Assembly (NCBI GenBank): GCA_003216535.1
Contig: QCIS01000002.1
Coordinates: 157,774 to 221,773, forward strand
DNA length: 64,000 nt
Origin: Prochlorococcus sp. AG-402-N08
Lineage (GTDB): Bacteria > Cyanobacteriota > Cyanobacteriia > PCC-6307 > Cyanobiaceae
Reading direction: 5' to 3'
Each line of letters opens with the position of its first letter. Positions within the stretch are counted from its first letter, which is position 1. The translations under genes were made by a program, and so were the position numbers. Positions 21,195 to 32,847 of the stretch are shown here, piece after piece. The notes beneath the pieces are model-generated. The model was not told the DNA's origin, searched no databases, and saw only the letters and a list, made by a program, of their open reading frames with translations.

Positions 21195-22556
21195 TTACTT
21201 TGATAAAGAAAAATCTATTGCTTCTTTAATATTAGAAATTTCTTTGATATTTATTAAATTTTTAAAATTATTATTTAGTTCCTGCCCTAATTTAGGCACT
21301 ACAATATTTTTGATCCCTAGTCTTACAGCTTCTTCTATCTTTGTTCGAAGGTTATTCGATTTTCTAACCTGACCGCTCAAACCCAATTCTCCAATAAATG
21401 AACTACTAGCTAAAGGAGGAATATTTTTTAAACTTGATAAAATTGATATTGCTACACCTAAGTCAGATGACGGATCACTAATTTCAAAACCCCCACCAGT
21501 AGCTATATAACAATCAAATTCAGATAATTTTATCCCTATGTGTTTTTCAATAACAGCTAGAATTTGATGCAATCTATTTATGCTAATTCCAGTTGTAGTT
21601 CGTCTTGGGTTAGTGTAGAAAGTTTTATTTACCAGTGCTTGTATATCAACTGCTAATGGTCTAGTGCCTTCATTTGTAATCGTAGTTGTTACACCTGAAA
21701 TATTTTCTTTATTTGTAAAAATTGAACTTGGATTTTTTACCTCAACCAGGCCTTTTTCGAGCATTTCAAAAATTCCAATCTCAAAGGTCGATCCAAATCG
21801 ATTTTTTATACTTCTTAGTAATCTATGTGAGGAAATATTATCTCCTTCAAAGTTTATTACTGTATCAACTAAATGCTCTAGAGTTTTCGGGCCAGCTAAA
21901 GCACCATCTTTGGTTACATGACCAATTATTAGAAGAGCAATATTGTTGTCTTTGGCAAGATTTTGCAATTCAGATGAACATGCTCTAACTTGAGAAACCG
22001 ATCCTGGAGAACTTTGCATTTCATTATTATGGATGGCTTGAATACTATCAATAATTGCGAAACTTGGATTTACACGTTTGATCTCTTCAATAATTACGGA
22101 TAAATTAGTTTCTGCAAAAACTTTTAAATCAATACTGTTTTGATTTAATCTTTCCCATCTAATTTTTACTTGTTCTAAGGATTCTTCAGCAGTTATGTAT
22201 AAAACTTTCTCATTGAGAGATATTTTTCCTGCTGACTGAAGAACTATAGTGCTTTTACCTATACCTGGTTCTCCTCCAAGTAAAACAACAGATCCAGGTA
22301 CTATTCCACCTCCAAGAACTCGATCGAATTCCCTAAAACCACTTGTAAATCTTGATATTTTTTTTGACGAGATCTCATTAAATGGTATAGATTTTTTACT
22401 ATTTTTAATATCTTTTATTTCTTGATATTTAGAGCTCTTACTTTTTATTTCTTCTACAATGGAATTCCATGAGTTGCAATTCAGGCATTTACCAAAGTAT
22501 TGAGAAGTCTCAGATCCGCAATTCTGACAAATAAAAGTCGATAATTTGCTAGACAT
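21195..22556 (-). CDS. radA: DNA repair protein RadA/Sms
   Basis: CxxC...CxxC Zn finger, GGEPGIGKST, KNRFG. Confidence 0.95.
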   Translation of the reverse strand: MSSKLSTFICQNCGSETSQYFGKCLNCNSWNSIVEEIKSKSSKYQEIKDIKNSKKSIPFNEISSKKISRFTSGFREFDRVLGGGIVPGSVVLLGGEPGIGKSTIVLQSAGKISLNEKVLYITAEESLEQVKIRWERLNQNSIDLKVFAETNLSVIIEEIKRVNPSFAIIDSIQAIHNNEMQSSPGSVSQVRACSSELQNLAKDNNIALLIIGHVTKDGALAGPKTLEHLVDTVINFEGDNISSHRLLRSIKNRFGSTFEIGIFEMLEKGLVEVKNPSSIFTNKENISGVTTTITNEGTRPLAVDIQALVNKTFYTNPRRTTTGISINRLHQILAVIEKHIGIKLSEFDCYIATGGGFEISDPSSDLGVAISILSSLKNIPPLASSSFIGELGLSGQVRKSNNLRTKIEEAVRLGIKNIVVPKLGQELNNNFKNLINIKEISNIKEAIDFSLSK

Positions 22557-22663
22557 TAGGTTTCTGAATGAAGTAATGGAACTAGAATGTTTGGGATATT
22601 GCCCCTCTACAAGTTAGATTAGGTTAATAATTAATTCTCTTACTGATTAGCTAATAGAAACAA

Positions 22664-23410
22664 ATGGCTCTATCTAGTCAAACTAAAGAAACTATACTGG
22701 TCGCAGATGACGAGGCAAGTATTAGAAGAATTCTGGAGACACGTCTCTCCATGATTGGCTACAAAGTTGTAACTGCAAGTGATGGTAAAGAAGCACTAAA
22801 GTTATTTAAGGATTATGAACCTGATTTAGTAGTGCTTGACGTCATGATGCCAAAGCTAGATGGTTATGGAGTTTGTCAAGAATTAAGGAAAGATTCTGAT
22901 GTTCCAATTGTAATGTTAACTGCATTAGGAGACGTTGCAGACAGAATAACAGGATTAGAATTAGGAGCTGATGATTATGTTGTGAAACCATTTAGCCCTA
23001 AGGAATTAGAAGCTAGAATTAGATGCGTTCTAAGAAGAATTGACAAAGAACAAATTCCTGGAATGCCTAATTCAGGATTAATTTTGGTAACTGATATAAA
23101 AATTGATACAAATCGAAGACAAGTTTTTAAAAGCGATGAGAGAATTAGATTAACTGGTATGGAATTTAGTCTTTTAGAGCTTTTGGTAAGCAGGTCAGGC
23201 GAGCCATTTAGTAGAGGTGAAATTTTAAAGGAAGTTTGGGGATATACACCTGAGAGACACGTAGATACAAGAGTAGTAGATGTTCATATATCAAGATTAA
23301 GATCAAAACTGGAGGCTGATCCAGCAAATCCTGAATTGATACTAACGGCAAGGGGTACAGGATATCTTTTTCAAAGAATCGTAGATATTGCTCCTTATGA
23401 CGGTAAATAA
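22664..23410 (+). CDS. rpaB: OmpR-family response regulator RpaB (Ycf27)
   Basis: ADDEASIRRILETRL, GYTPERHVDTRVVDVHISRLRSKLE. Confidence 0.95.
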   Translation: MALSSQTKETILVADDEASIRRILETRLSMIGYKVVTASDGKEALKLFKDYEPDLVVLDVMMPKLDGYGVCQELRKDSDVPIVMLTALGDVADRITGLELGADDYVVKPFSPKELEARIRCVLRRIDKEQIPGMPNSGLILVTDIKIDTNRRQVFKSDERIRLTGMEFSLLELLVSRSGEPFSRGEILKEVWGYTPERHVDTRVVDVHISRLRSKLEADPANPELILTARGTGYLFQRIVDIAPYDGK

Positions 23411-24829
23411 ATGGGCAAAGAAAATCTACAAAAAATTAATAAGCCCAGAGCTATTAGAAGATTAGTTATTTGGTACAAAAGAAACTCGGCTGTAACTTCA
23501 ATAGTAGATACTGCTGCTAGTTCTGCGGTAACGGCTAGTAATGTGGCGGGTAATGTAGTTTCTGGTGCTGGTTCTGTTGTGAGCACAGCTAGTAATGTTG
23601 CGAGTAATGTTGCAGGTAATGTTGCAGGTAATGTAGTTTCAAGCGCTGAATCAGTTGTGAATACTGCCAGTAGTGTTGTTTCAAATGCTAGTTCGATAGC
23701 TAAAAATACATTACAGCCATTTGTTTTTGATCCATTAAAAAGATTACAAAATAATGATAGTATTTTAGACAGGGTGGAGGAATCTCAATCTAAAAGAATT
23801 TGGATCGCAGTTGATGGTATGGGTGGAGATTATGCTCCTGGTCCAATTCTTGAGGGTTGCCTTGAAGCAATAAGTAGATTTCCAATAAATATAAAGTTTG
23901 TCGGCAAAATTGAAAAAGTTAAAGATTCAGCAGAAAAAACTGGTTTAGCAGAATTATTAGAAAATGAAATAGATAATAATCGTCTTGAATTAATTGATAG
24001 TGGAGAGCCTATTGGGATGAATGAAGAAGCCACTGCAGTAAGAAAAAGGAAAAATGCGAGTATAAACGTTGCAATGGATTTAGTGAGAAATAATAAAGCT
24101 GAAGCTGTCTACTCAGCGGGCAATTCAGGTGCCATGATGGCTTCTGCCATATTTAGAATTGGGAGATTGAAAGGGATTGATAGACCAGCTATAGGAGCAT
24201 TATTTCCAACAAGGGATCAAACTCGCCCGGTACTAGTTTTAGATGTCGGAGCAAATACTGATTGTAAGCCATCTTATCTGCATCAATTTGCTCTTTTAGG
24301 TAATATTTATGCAAAAGATGTCTTACAAGTAAAAAAACCAAGAATTGGCCTTTTAAATATTGGAGAAGAAGAATGTAAAGGGAATGATTTATCCCTAAAA
24401 ACATTTGAATTATTATCTTCTGAAAAAAGTTTTTATTTTGGAGGTAATTGTGAGGGACGAGATGTATTATCAGGTAGTTTCGACGTAGTAGTCTGTGACG
24501 GATTTACTGGAAATATATTATTGAAATTTCTTGAATCTGTAGGAGGAGTTTTATTAGATATTTTAAGATCTGAGCTTCCCCGTGGAAGGAGAGGGAAAGT
24601 TGGTTCAGCTTTTTTAAAAAGTAATCTAATCAGAATTAAAAAAAGGTTAGATCATGCCGAACATGGAGGAGCCTTATTACTTGGGGTGAATGGTATTTGC
24701 GTTATCGGTCATGGTAGTAGTAAATCTTTATCAGTAGTTAGTGCTCTTCGCTTGGCTCACTCCGCAGTGAATCATGGCGTTATGGACAATTTAAATCAAC
24801 TGCAAAAGCTTCAAGTTTTAAATTCATAA
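23411..24829 (+). CDS. plsX: phosphate acyltransferase PlsX with repetitive N-terminal extension
   Basis: AVDGMGGD, SAGNSGA, GIDRPAI, LDVGAN, VVCDGFTGN, GHGSS. Confidence 0.95.
   Translation: MGKENLQKINKPRAIRRLVIWYKRNSAVTSIVDTAASSAVTASNVAGNVVSGAGSVVSTASNVASNVAGNVAGNVVSSAESVVNTASSVVSNASSIAKNTLQPFVFDPLKRLQNNDSILDRVEESQSKRIWIAVDGMGGDYAPGPILEGCLEAISRFPINIKFVGKIEKVKDSAEKTGLAELLENEIDNNRLELIDSGEPIGMNEEATAVRKRKNASINVAMDLVRNNKAEAVYSAGNSGAMMASAIFRIGRLKGIDRPAIGALFPTRDQTRPVLVLDVGANTDCKPSYLHQFALLGNIYAKDVLQVKKPRIGLLNIGEEECKGNDLSLKTFELLSSEKSFYFGGNCEGRDVLSGSFDVVVCDGFTGNILLKFLESVGGVLLDILRSELPRGRRGKVGSAFLKSNLIRIKKRLDHAEHGGALLLGVNGICVIGHGSSKSLSVVSALRLAHSAVNHGVMDNLNQLQKLQVLNS
23534..23640 (+). repeat. in-frame 12-nt tandem repeat (RGTAATGTTGCR, encoding [S/G]NVA) within a duplicated block in plsX
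   Basis: AGTAATGTTGCG, AGTAATGTTGCA, GGTAATGTTGCA and GGTAATGTAGTT at 23591-23638; shorter copy AGTAATGTGGCG-GGTAATGTAGTT at 23537-23560. Confidence 0.9.
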
Positions 24830-24881
24830 AACATATTGCATCAAATTTATGTTTGACTTATATAAGTAACTAAAAACTCTT

Positions 24882-25889
24882 TTGGAAGAAATAAAGTTTA
24901 ATCAGATTGGAGTGTCATTTAAAGGAAGTGGAAGTTACGTGCCTGATCAAATACTAACTAATGAAGAAATAAGCCAAAAGGTAGATACGAGTGATGAATG
25001 GATAAAATCTAGAACTGGCATTTCTGAGAGGAGAATTTCCAGGTTAGAAGATAATGTTACGGATATGGGTTACAAGGCTGCATTAACTGCGATTGAAATG
25101 GCGAATTGGGATATTAAGACAATTGATTTGATTGTTTTAGCTACTTCTACTCCACATGATTTATTTGGTTCTGCGCCCTCTATTCAAGCTAAATTGGGCG
25201 CCTCTAATGCCGTAGCTTTCGATTTAACTGCAGCATGCAGTGGCTTTTTATTTGCCTTAATAACAGCATCACAATTTTTAAAAGCCGGTAATTTCAAACG
25301 GGCTTTAGTTGTCGGAGCAGATCAATTATCAAGCTTTGTTGATTGGAACGATAGAAGAAGTTGTATTCTGTTTGGAGATGGTGCGGGCGCATTAGCAATA
25401 GAAGCCACAAATAAATTTGATAATTTCATTGGTTTTGATATGAGAACTGATGGGGAAAGGGGTTGTTTTCTTAACCTTCCATCAAAAAATAATATGGATT
25501 CAATAATTGATAATATTGAATTCTTAAGTGGCAGTTTTTCTCCCATCCAGATGAATGGTCAGGAAGTTTATAAATTTGCAGTTAAAGAAGTTCCGATAAT
25601 TCTTGATAAGTTGTTTAGAAAAACAAATTATAGTTCTGATGAAGTTGATTGGCTTGTCTTGCATCAAGCTAATCAAAGAATATTAGATTCTGTTGGAGAT
25701 AGGTTAAAAATTCCTAGAGAGAAAATTCTTAGTAACTTAGAAAAATATGGCAATACATCAGCAGCAACAATTCCTCTAATGATGGATGAAGCTATAAGAA
25801 AAAATAGTATTAAAAAAAATGATATTATTGCAACAAGTGGTTTTGGTGCTGGGCTAAGTTGGGGAGCAGCCCTCATTAAATGGGGTTAA
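24882..25889 (+). CDS. fabH: 3-oxoacyl-ACP synthase III
   Basis: AACSGF, LFGDGAGA, HQANQRI, YGNTSAA, GFGAGLSWG. Confidence 0.95.
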   Translation: MEEIKFNQIGVSFKGSGSYVPDQILTNEEISQKVDTSDEWIKSRTGISERRISRLEDNVTDMGYKAALTAIEMANWDIKTIDLIVLATSTPHDLFGSAPSIQAKLGASNAVAFDLTAACSGFLFALITASQFLKAGNFKRALVVGADQLSSFVDWNDRRSCILFGDGAGALAIEATNKFDNFIGFDMRTDGERGCFLNLPSKNNMDSIIDNIEFLSGSFSPIQMNGQEVYKFAVKEVPIILDKLFRKTNYSSDEVDWLVLHQANQRILDSVGDRLKIPREKILSNLEKYGNTSAATIPLMMDEAIRKNSIKKNDIIATSGFGAGLSWGAALIKWG

Positions 25890-25907
25890 AAACAAAATAG
25901 GAACATT

Positions 25908-26804
25908 ATGACAGTTGCATGGGTATTCCCTGGACAGGGTTCTCAAAAAATAGGAATGGCAAAACAGATTGAAGATTTACCAAACACTAAGGAAAGGTTT
26001 AGTTATGCTTCAGAGATATTTGAAAGAAATTTATTTAAAATATGTGAATTAAATTCTGAAAAAACAAATCCATTTGATGATTTGAATAACACAAGAAATA
26101 CACAAATTTGTCTTTTTTTAGTTGAATCGATTTTATTAGATGCCTTAAAGGCAAATAATTTTAGACCAAATTATGTCGCTGGGCATAGTCTTGGAGAAAT
26201 CACGGCACTGTATTCTGCAGATGTTTTTTCATTCGAAGATTGTGTATTACTAATAAAAGAAAGATCTAAATTAATGGTTAATGCTGGAAAAGGATCTATG
26301 GCTGCAGTAATTGGTTTTGATAGAAATCAACTTGATTTATTAGTACAAAAAAGTGATGATATTGTAATTGCAAATGATAATAGCTCTTCCCAAGTTGTCT
26401 TATCAGGATCTAATGAAGCATTAGATAATTTATCAAAGGAAATTTCTTGTAAAAGATTCTTGAAATTAAATGTTTCAGGTGCATTTCATTCGCCATTTAT
26501 GAATGAGCCCTCAGCAAAATTTTCTGAGTATTTAAAATATATTGAATTTAAGAATCCTTCTTTCCCAGTCATCAGTAATTATGAACCTTCATTTTGTAGT
26601 GATCTAAATGAGCTTAAAATTAGATTTAAAAATCAAATGTGTAATGGAGTGAGGTGGAGAGAAACTATGGATTTAATGGCAAAAGATAGTGAACTGCATA
26701 TTGTTGAAATTGGCCCTTCTAATGTGCTTAGTGGCTTAGCAAAAAGACATTTGAAAGATGTAAAAATTTCTCAAGTTTCATCTTCTGATCAACTAAGTTA
26801 TTAA
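25908..26804 (+). CDS. fabD: malonyl-CoA:ACP transacylase
   Basis: FPGQGSQ, GHSLGE, VSGAFHS. Confidence 0.95.
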   Translation: MTVAWVFPGQGSQKIGMAKQIEDLPNTKERFSYASEIFERNLFKICELNSEKTNPFDDLNNTRNTQICLFLVESILLDALKANNFRPNYVAGHSLGEITALYSADVFSFEDCVLLIKERSKLMVNAGKGSMAAVIGFDRNQLDLLVQKSDDIVIANDNSSSQVVLSGSNEALDNLSKEISCKRFLKLNVSGAFHSPFMNEPSAKFSEYLKYIEFKNPSFPVISNYEPSFCSDLNELKIRFKNQMCNGVRWRETMDLMAKDSELHIVEIGPSNVLSGLAKRHLKDVKISQVSSSDQLSY

Positions 26805-26810
26805 TTTCGT

Positions 26811-27431
26811 ATGAAAAATGATATTTTGCAAAAAATAATCTATCAACTAGTTAGCAAACTTTTTGTATTTCCTATTTATAAATTTGTATTTCAAGGTCAA
26901 TTAATAGGTAGAGAAAATATTCCGCAAAAAGATTCTTTCATAATGGTTTCTAATCATGGTTCTTTACTTGACCCTCCTTTTTTAGGACATGCTCTTGGAT
27001 GTAATATATCTTTTATGGCCAAGGCGGAGCTTTTTAAAATACCTTTTCTCGGCTTCGTTATCAAGGCTTGTGGAGCGTATCCTGTAAAAAGGGGGATTGC
27101 TGATAAAAATACCATTAAAACAGCATGTAATAAATTATCAAATAACAATTGTATTGGAATTTTTATTGATGGGACTCGTCAAAAAAATGGTCGAGTTAAT
27201 AAGCCAAAACAAGGCGCTGCATTATTAGCCTTTAAAAATCAAAAATTATTATTGCCTGTTGCAATAGTTAATTCACATAGACTAATAAAGTTCAAATTCT
27301 GTATTCCTTTTTTTTCAAAAATAATTATTAAAGTGGGAAAACCTGTTCAACCGCCACAAAACTCATCGAGAGATGATCTAAATTTTGTCACTATGCTCCT
27401 TCAAGATAATATTAATAATTTGATTGGTTGA
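26811..27431 (+). CDS. plsC: 1-acyl-sn-glycerol-3-phosphate acyltransferase
   Basis: NHGSLLD (HX4D), FMAKAELF, FIDGTR. Confidence 0.88.
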   Translation: MKNDILQKIIYQLVSKLFVFPIYKFVFQGQLIGRENIPQKDSFIMVSNHGSLLDPPFLGHALGCNISFMAKAELFKIPFLGFVIKACGAYPVKRGIADKNTIKTACNKLSNNNCIGIFIDGTRQKNGRVNKPKQGAALLAFKNQKLLLPVAIVNSHRLIKFKFCIPFFSKIIIKVGKPVQPPQNSSRDDLNFVTMLLQDNINNLIG

Positions 27432-27435
27432 AAAT

Positions 27436-28089
27436 TTAGTTAATTGGAGCAATAGGGTAAAGTGGCAAAACATTTTTCCATGAATTGAAATTTGCATTTA
27501 ATAAATTTTTATTTGCTAAATCTAGTAATTCTCTTAAATCTTCTTCATCTTCATAATTAGCTTCAAAAAAAAGTTCTTTTCTCTCCAATTCTTGAATGAC
27601 TTTTGGTATAACTATTTCTCGAATGACTAGATCCGCATTTTTTTCTTCCTCATGACAAATCTCATATTTACCTGCAATAAATCCCTTTCGTTTTAATTTT
27701 TTGTAAATCCAGAATGATTGTTTGTTTGTAAAAATATTATTTTTTGATGCAATTCTTTTTGCCATTAATTCAAATGAACTAAAACTGTCTAGAGGACAAT
27801 TTATTTGTTGTGAAATAGTTCTTGCTAAAACTACAATAAGCCTTGAAGCATTAAAATTTGCTGGACCTATACTTACAGATATTTTATTTACTTTTTGTAA
27901 ATTTTCTTTGGAAATGAATTTGTTGAATTCAACAATCAAGTTGTTGCACAAGTCATTATCAAATTGTTTTATAAATAATTTATCGGAATCAATCATATTG
28001 TTTTTTCTATATCCAAAGCCAAAGGAATTATCTGTACTATGTATCACTAATATATTGTAGTTTTTTATTCGTTCGAGATAATAAGTCAT
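27436..28089 (-). CDS. TsaB/YeaZ-like protein (t6A biosynthesis), divergent
   Basis: ISVSIGPANFNASRLIVVLARTISQ resembles the TsaB GPGSFTGxR motif; C-terminal PLYP. Confidence 0.7.
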   Translation of the reverse strand: MTYYLERIKNYNILVIHSTDNSFGFGYRKNNMIDSDKLFIKQFDNDLCNNLIVEFNKFISKENLQKVNKISVSIGPANFNASRLIVVLARTISQQINCPLDSFSSFELMAKRIASKNNIFTNKQSFWIYKKLKRKGFIAGKYEICHEEEKNADLVIREIVIPKVIQELERKELFFEANYEDEEDLRELLDLANKNLLNANFNSWKNVLPLYPIAPIN

Positions 28090-28098
28090 CTCTTACCT

Positions 28099-28350
28099 TT
28101 AAAGAGGTAATTCTAACCCAGGATTGATTTTAGACCACTTTCCATATTCTTCTATAAAACTTCCGCATGATTGTACATCCCAATCTGTTTTGTAAACACC
28201 ATTATTATCCTCTACTATGGATACGTGTATGTATGGTTTAAGTGCTTTAAAATTAGGCACATCGCAAATATTATCAATATCATGATTATTTTCAACATCA
28301 TGATATGTAATACATCTATCAACCCATTTACAGTTAATGCAAATGCACAT
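28099..28350 (-). CDS. ycf34: Ycf34 family protein
   Basis: MCICINCKWVDRCITYH..E, WDVQSCGSF. Confidence 0.88.
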   Translation of the reverse strand: MCICINCKWVDRCITYHDVENNHDIDNICDVPNFKALKPYIHVSIVEDNNGVYKTDWDVQSCGSFIEEYGKWSKINPGLELPL

Positions 28351-28381
28351 AATAAAATTATTAACTTGAAAAATAAAAGTT

Positions 28382-29587
28382 ATGTACACTGATCATACAC
28401 TAATAATTAAAGAATTAGAAAGAAGTATAAAATTTAATAATTGGAATTCTATCTTATCTTTTTTACCTAGAGGATCCTATTTAGTTGGTGGTTATATAAG
28501 GGATATCATTTTGGGTAGAGTCACTGAAGAAGTGGATATTGATATTGTAGTACCCTTAAATGCTATTGAAATTGGGAAAAAAATTTCAGAGAATATTGGA
28601 TCTAAATTTATAATCTTAGATAAAAAAAGAGAAGTGGTAAGAATTATTCTCAATCATGTATCGATTGATATTGCTAATCAGGTCTCATCCACCATAGAAG
28701 GAGATTTGAGTGCTAGAGACTTTTCGATTAATTCAATTGCTTTTTTATTTGATAAGAAGCGTTTGATTGATCCAATAAATGGCCTTAATGCTCTAAAACT
28801 TTCTTTGCTTAGAACGCATTCGGAAATAAATTTGCTGAATGATCCGTTACGAATATTAAGATGTTTTCGGTTTGTTTCAGAATTGAATTTTAAAATTGAT
28901 TTAAAATTAGTCGACTTTATAAAAAAAAATAAAGGGAAATTAAATCTTGTTGCTAAAGAGAGAATTAATAATGAAATACAAAAAATTGTAAATGGGCAAA
29001 ATGCCCATGAAGCTGTAATTTTGATAAAAAAATTTAATATATTTGGATCTGATGATTTCTATAAAAATTCTTTTTTTTTGGATTTACAGAAAATTAATTA
29101 TACGGAACTTACTAAGAACGAAAAAGAGAAATTTTTACCATTATTTTTGTTGGCCCAAATTTTAGATGAAGTATCTCTTGAGAGATTTAAATTTAGTAGA
29201 GCTGAAATTGCAAAAACTAAGTTATTACGAAAATGGCACTTTTTCTTGGAGAAAAGAAATATCGCCCAATTAACTGAATCAGATAGATTTTCATTACATA
29301 AAGAATTAGAGATGTTTCTCCCATCTTTTATTTTTTATTTACCTCAAAACTTACGATTAGATTGGCTTTATAGATGGCGTGATAACGATGATAAATTATT
29401 TCATCCTTCAAACTTACTTAATGGTGACGTAATCAAAAAAAATCTAAAAATAAAGGATGGGCCTATCTTAGGAGAGCTTTTAAAGTATCTTTCTAAGGAA
29501 CTTGCGTATAAGAGATTGAATAATTTTGATGAAGCTATTTATAAAGCAAAGCGATGGATTGAACAAAATGCGCCAAAATGTGATTAA
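28382..29587 (+). CDS. tRNA nucleotidyltransferase / poly(A) polymerase family, probably CC-adding
   Basis: VGGYIRD, DIDIV, RDFSINSIA, DPLRILR. Confidence 0.88.
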   Translation: MYTDHTLIIKELERSIKFNNWNSILSFLPRGSYLVGGYIRDIILGRVTEEVDIDIVVPLNAIEIGKKISENIGSKFIILDKKREVVRIILNHVSIDIANQVSSTIEGDLSARDFSINSIAFLFDKKRLIDPINGLNALKLSLLRTHSEINLLNDPLRILRCFRFVSELNFKIDLKLVDFIKKNKGKLNLVAKERINNEIQKIVNGQNAHEAVILIKKFNIFGSDDFYKNSFFLDLQKINYTELTKNEKEKFLPLFLLAQILDEVSLERFKFSRAEIAKTKLLRKWHFFLEKRNIAQLTESDRFSLHKELEMFLPSFIFYLPQNLRLDWLYRWRDNDDKLFHPSNLLNGDVIKKNLKIKDGPILGELLKYLSKELAYKRLNNFDEAIYKAKRWIEQNAPKCD

Positions 29588-29645
29588 ATACACATAGCTT
29601 AGTCTTGTTTAGAAGTTTAGACTTCAAAATCATTTTTAAAATTTT

Positions 29646-30065
29646 ATGAGCATTCGCATTTACATTGGAAACTTACCACAAGGATTTAATCCAAAAGAAT
29701 TTGATACACTTTTAAAGTCAGTTTCTGATTCAATTAGATTTAAAGCAGTTCTAGATAAGGAAACTAAGGAATGCAGGGGCTTTGGTTTCGCGACAACTAA
29801 TAATGAAGATAATGCTAATTTATTAATTCAAAAGTTAAACGGTTTTGAATTTAATGGTTCTAAATTAAGAGTAGAACTATCAGAAAAGAAAGATTCTGCT
29901 TCAAACAAAAAAAATAGTGGAAAATTAAACAAGAATAAGAAGAGAAAAGACTTTAAGAAAATTGTTCACAGTGATGCTCCTAACCTGGAAGCTCCTGATC
30001 CAAGATGGGCTGGAGAACTATCTAAATTAAAAGATTTGTTGGCTAATCAAAAGACGCCTGCTTAG
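29646..30065 (+). CDS. RRM RNA-binding protein with basic C-terminal tail
   Basis: IYIGNL (RNP2), RGFGFA (RNP1), PDPRWAGEL. Confidence 0.9.
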   Translation: MSIRIYIGNLPQGFNPKEFDTLLKSVSDSIRFKAVLDKETKECRGFGFATTNNEDNANLLIQKLNGFEFNGSKLRVELSEKKDSASNKKNSGKLNKNKKRKDFKKIVHSDAPNLEAPDPRWAGELSKLKDLLANQKTPA

Positions 30066-30974
30066 TTATTTAATTCGAGAAATTAGAAAAGATATTGGAA
30101 TCTCAAGAGCTTTTACTGAATTTTTTACAAAAGCCCTATTATTAAAAACATCATAATCTAATCTTTCGATAGAATCTAATATTCCTCTGTAAAGACGTAA
30201 AGAAGTCCATACTGGCCATCTTGCGTCAGAAGATAACCATTTAATGCCATCCTCAGACTTTTGGAACCATTCGCGAGCCCTAGTTAATTGAAAGTTCATC
30301 AGTGATTTCCACTGCTTGTTAATTTTTCCTTTCATCAGTTCTTCTTCAGAATAATTAAATTTTTCAATATCAGATTGCGGGAGATAAATTCTTCCTCTAT
30401 GTCTATCTTCTCCCACATCCCTCAATATATTTGTTAACTGATTTGCAATTCCTAGAGCTATGGCTGCTTCAGAGGGGTCAGGCATAGCACTCCATGGGGC
30501 TGTTGTATAAGCGCTATCAATCCCCATAACATTCTGAGTCATTAAACCTACAGTCCCTGCGACTCTATAACAATACAGTTTTAATTCATCAAAATCTTTG
30601 TATCTAAATTTATTCAGATCCATTCTCTGGCCATCTATCATGTCTAGATAAGGTTGTATACTTTGCGGATATTTCTCGATGGTATCTAGTAAAACTGAGT
30701 CTAGTTCAGATCTAATATTACCTTTAAATACATTTTTAGTATTTTCTTCCCATTCATCTAGATTGTCTGAAAGCTCATCTTGCGATTTAGTTGAGGCTTC
30801 TACACTATCCATTATTTCATCTGTTCTTCTGCACCATACATAAATAGCCCAAATAGCTTTTCTCTTTTCCTGAGGTAGTAGAAGAGTTCCCAAGTAAAAG
30901 GTTTTAGCCCATTGTTGAGTTTCTTTTCGGCATATTTCGTATGCTTGATCTAGTTGAGAAATGGAATTTTTCAA
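30066..30974 (-). CDS. crtB: phytoene synthase
   Basis: AKTFYLGT, RRTDEIMD, YCYRVAGTVG, NILRDVGED. Confidence 0.95.
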   Translation of the reverse strand: MKNSISQLDQAYEICRKETQQWAKTFYLGTLLLPQEKRKAIWAIYVWCRRTDEIMDSVEASTKSQDELSDNLDEWEENTKNVFKGNIRSELDSVLLDTIEKYPQSIQPYLDMIDGQRMDLNKFRYKDFDELKLYCYRVAGTVGLMTQNVMGIDSAYTTAPWSAMPDPSEAAIALGIANQLTNILRDVGEDRHRGRIYLPQSDIEKFNYSEEELMKGKINKQWKSLMNFQLTRAREWFQKSEDGIKWLSSDARWPVWTSLRLYRGILDSIERLDYDVFNNRAFVKNSVKALEIPISFLISRIK

Positions 30975-31011
30975 AAAGTTTTAGCTAAATTTAAGAATTT
31001 TGTGAATGTTT

Positions 31012-32451
<1,440 letters not shown>

Positions 32452-32499
32452 TTAAAGTTAGAACATAATAGTTTTTTTCGTTGATTATTTTGTAAAATT

Positions 32500-32847
32500 A
32501 TGGAAAAAATGCTCTTAAAATCGACTACAAGACACGTAAGAATTTTCACTGCCGAAGTTGTTGGTGAGGAATTACAGTTTCATCCCAATAAACTGACTCT
32601 TGATTTGGATCCCGACAACGAATTTATTTGGAACGAAGATTCTCTAAACAAAATAAGTGAAAAATTCAATGAATTAATAAAAGAGAGAGAAGGAAAAGAC
32701 TTAGATGATTATGAACTTCGAAAAATAGGATCAGAAATCGAAGGTTTAATTAAATTTTTGCTTCAAAATGGTCAGCTAAATTATAATCCTGATTGTAGAG
32801 TAATGAATTATTCAATGGGTTTACCAAAGACAAATGAAGTGTTGTGA
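32500..32847 (+). CDS. ndhM: NDH-1 subunit M
   Basis: [38 protein letters not shown]. Confidence 0.92.
   Translation: MEKMLLKSTTRHVRIFTAEVVGEELQFHPNKLTLDLDPDNEFIWNEDSLNKISEKFNELIKEREGKDLDDYELRKIGSEIEGLIKFLLQNGQLNYNPDCRVMNYSMGLPKTNEVL

Noticed and set aside
23534-23640. CRISPR-like or extragenic repeat array
   Set aside because: Repeats are 12 nt, spacerless and in frame within plsX; no cas genes in the window
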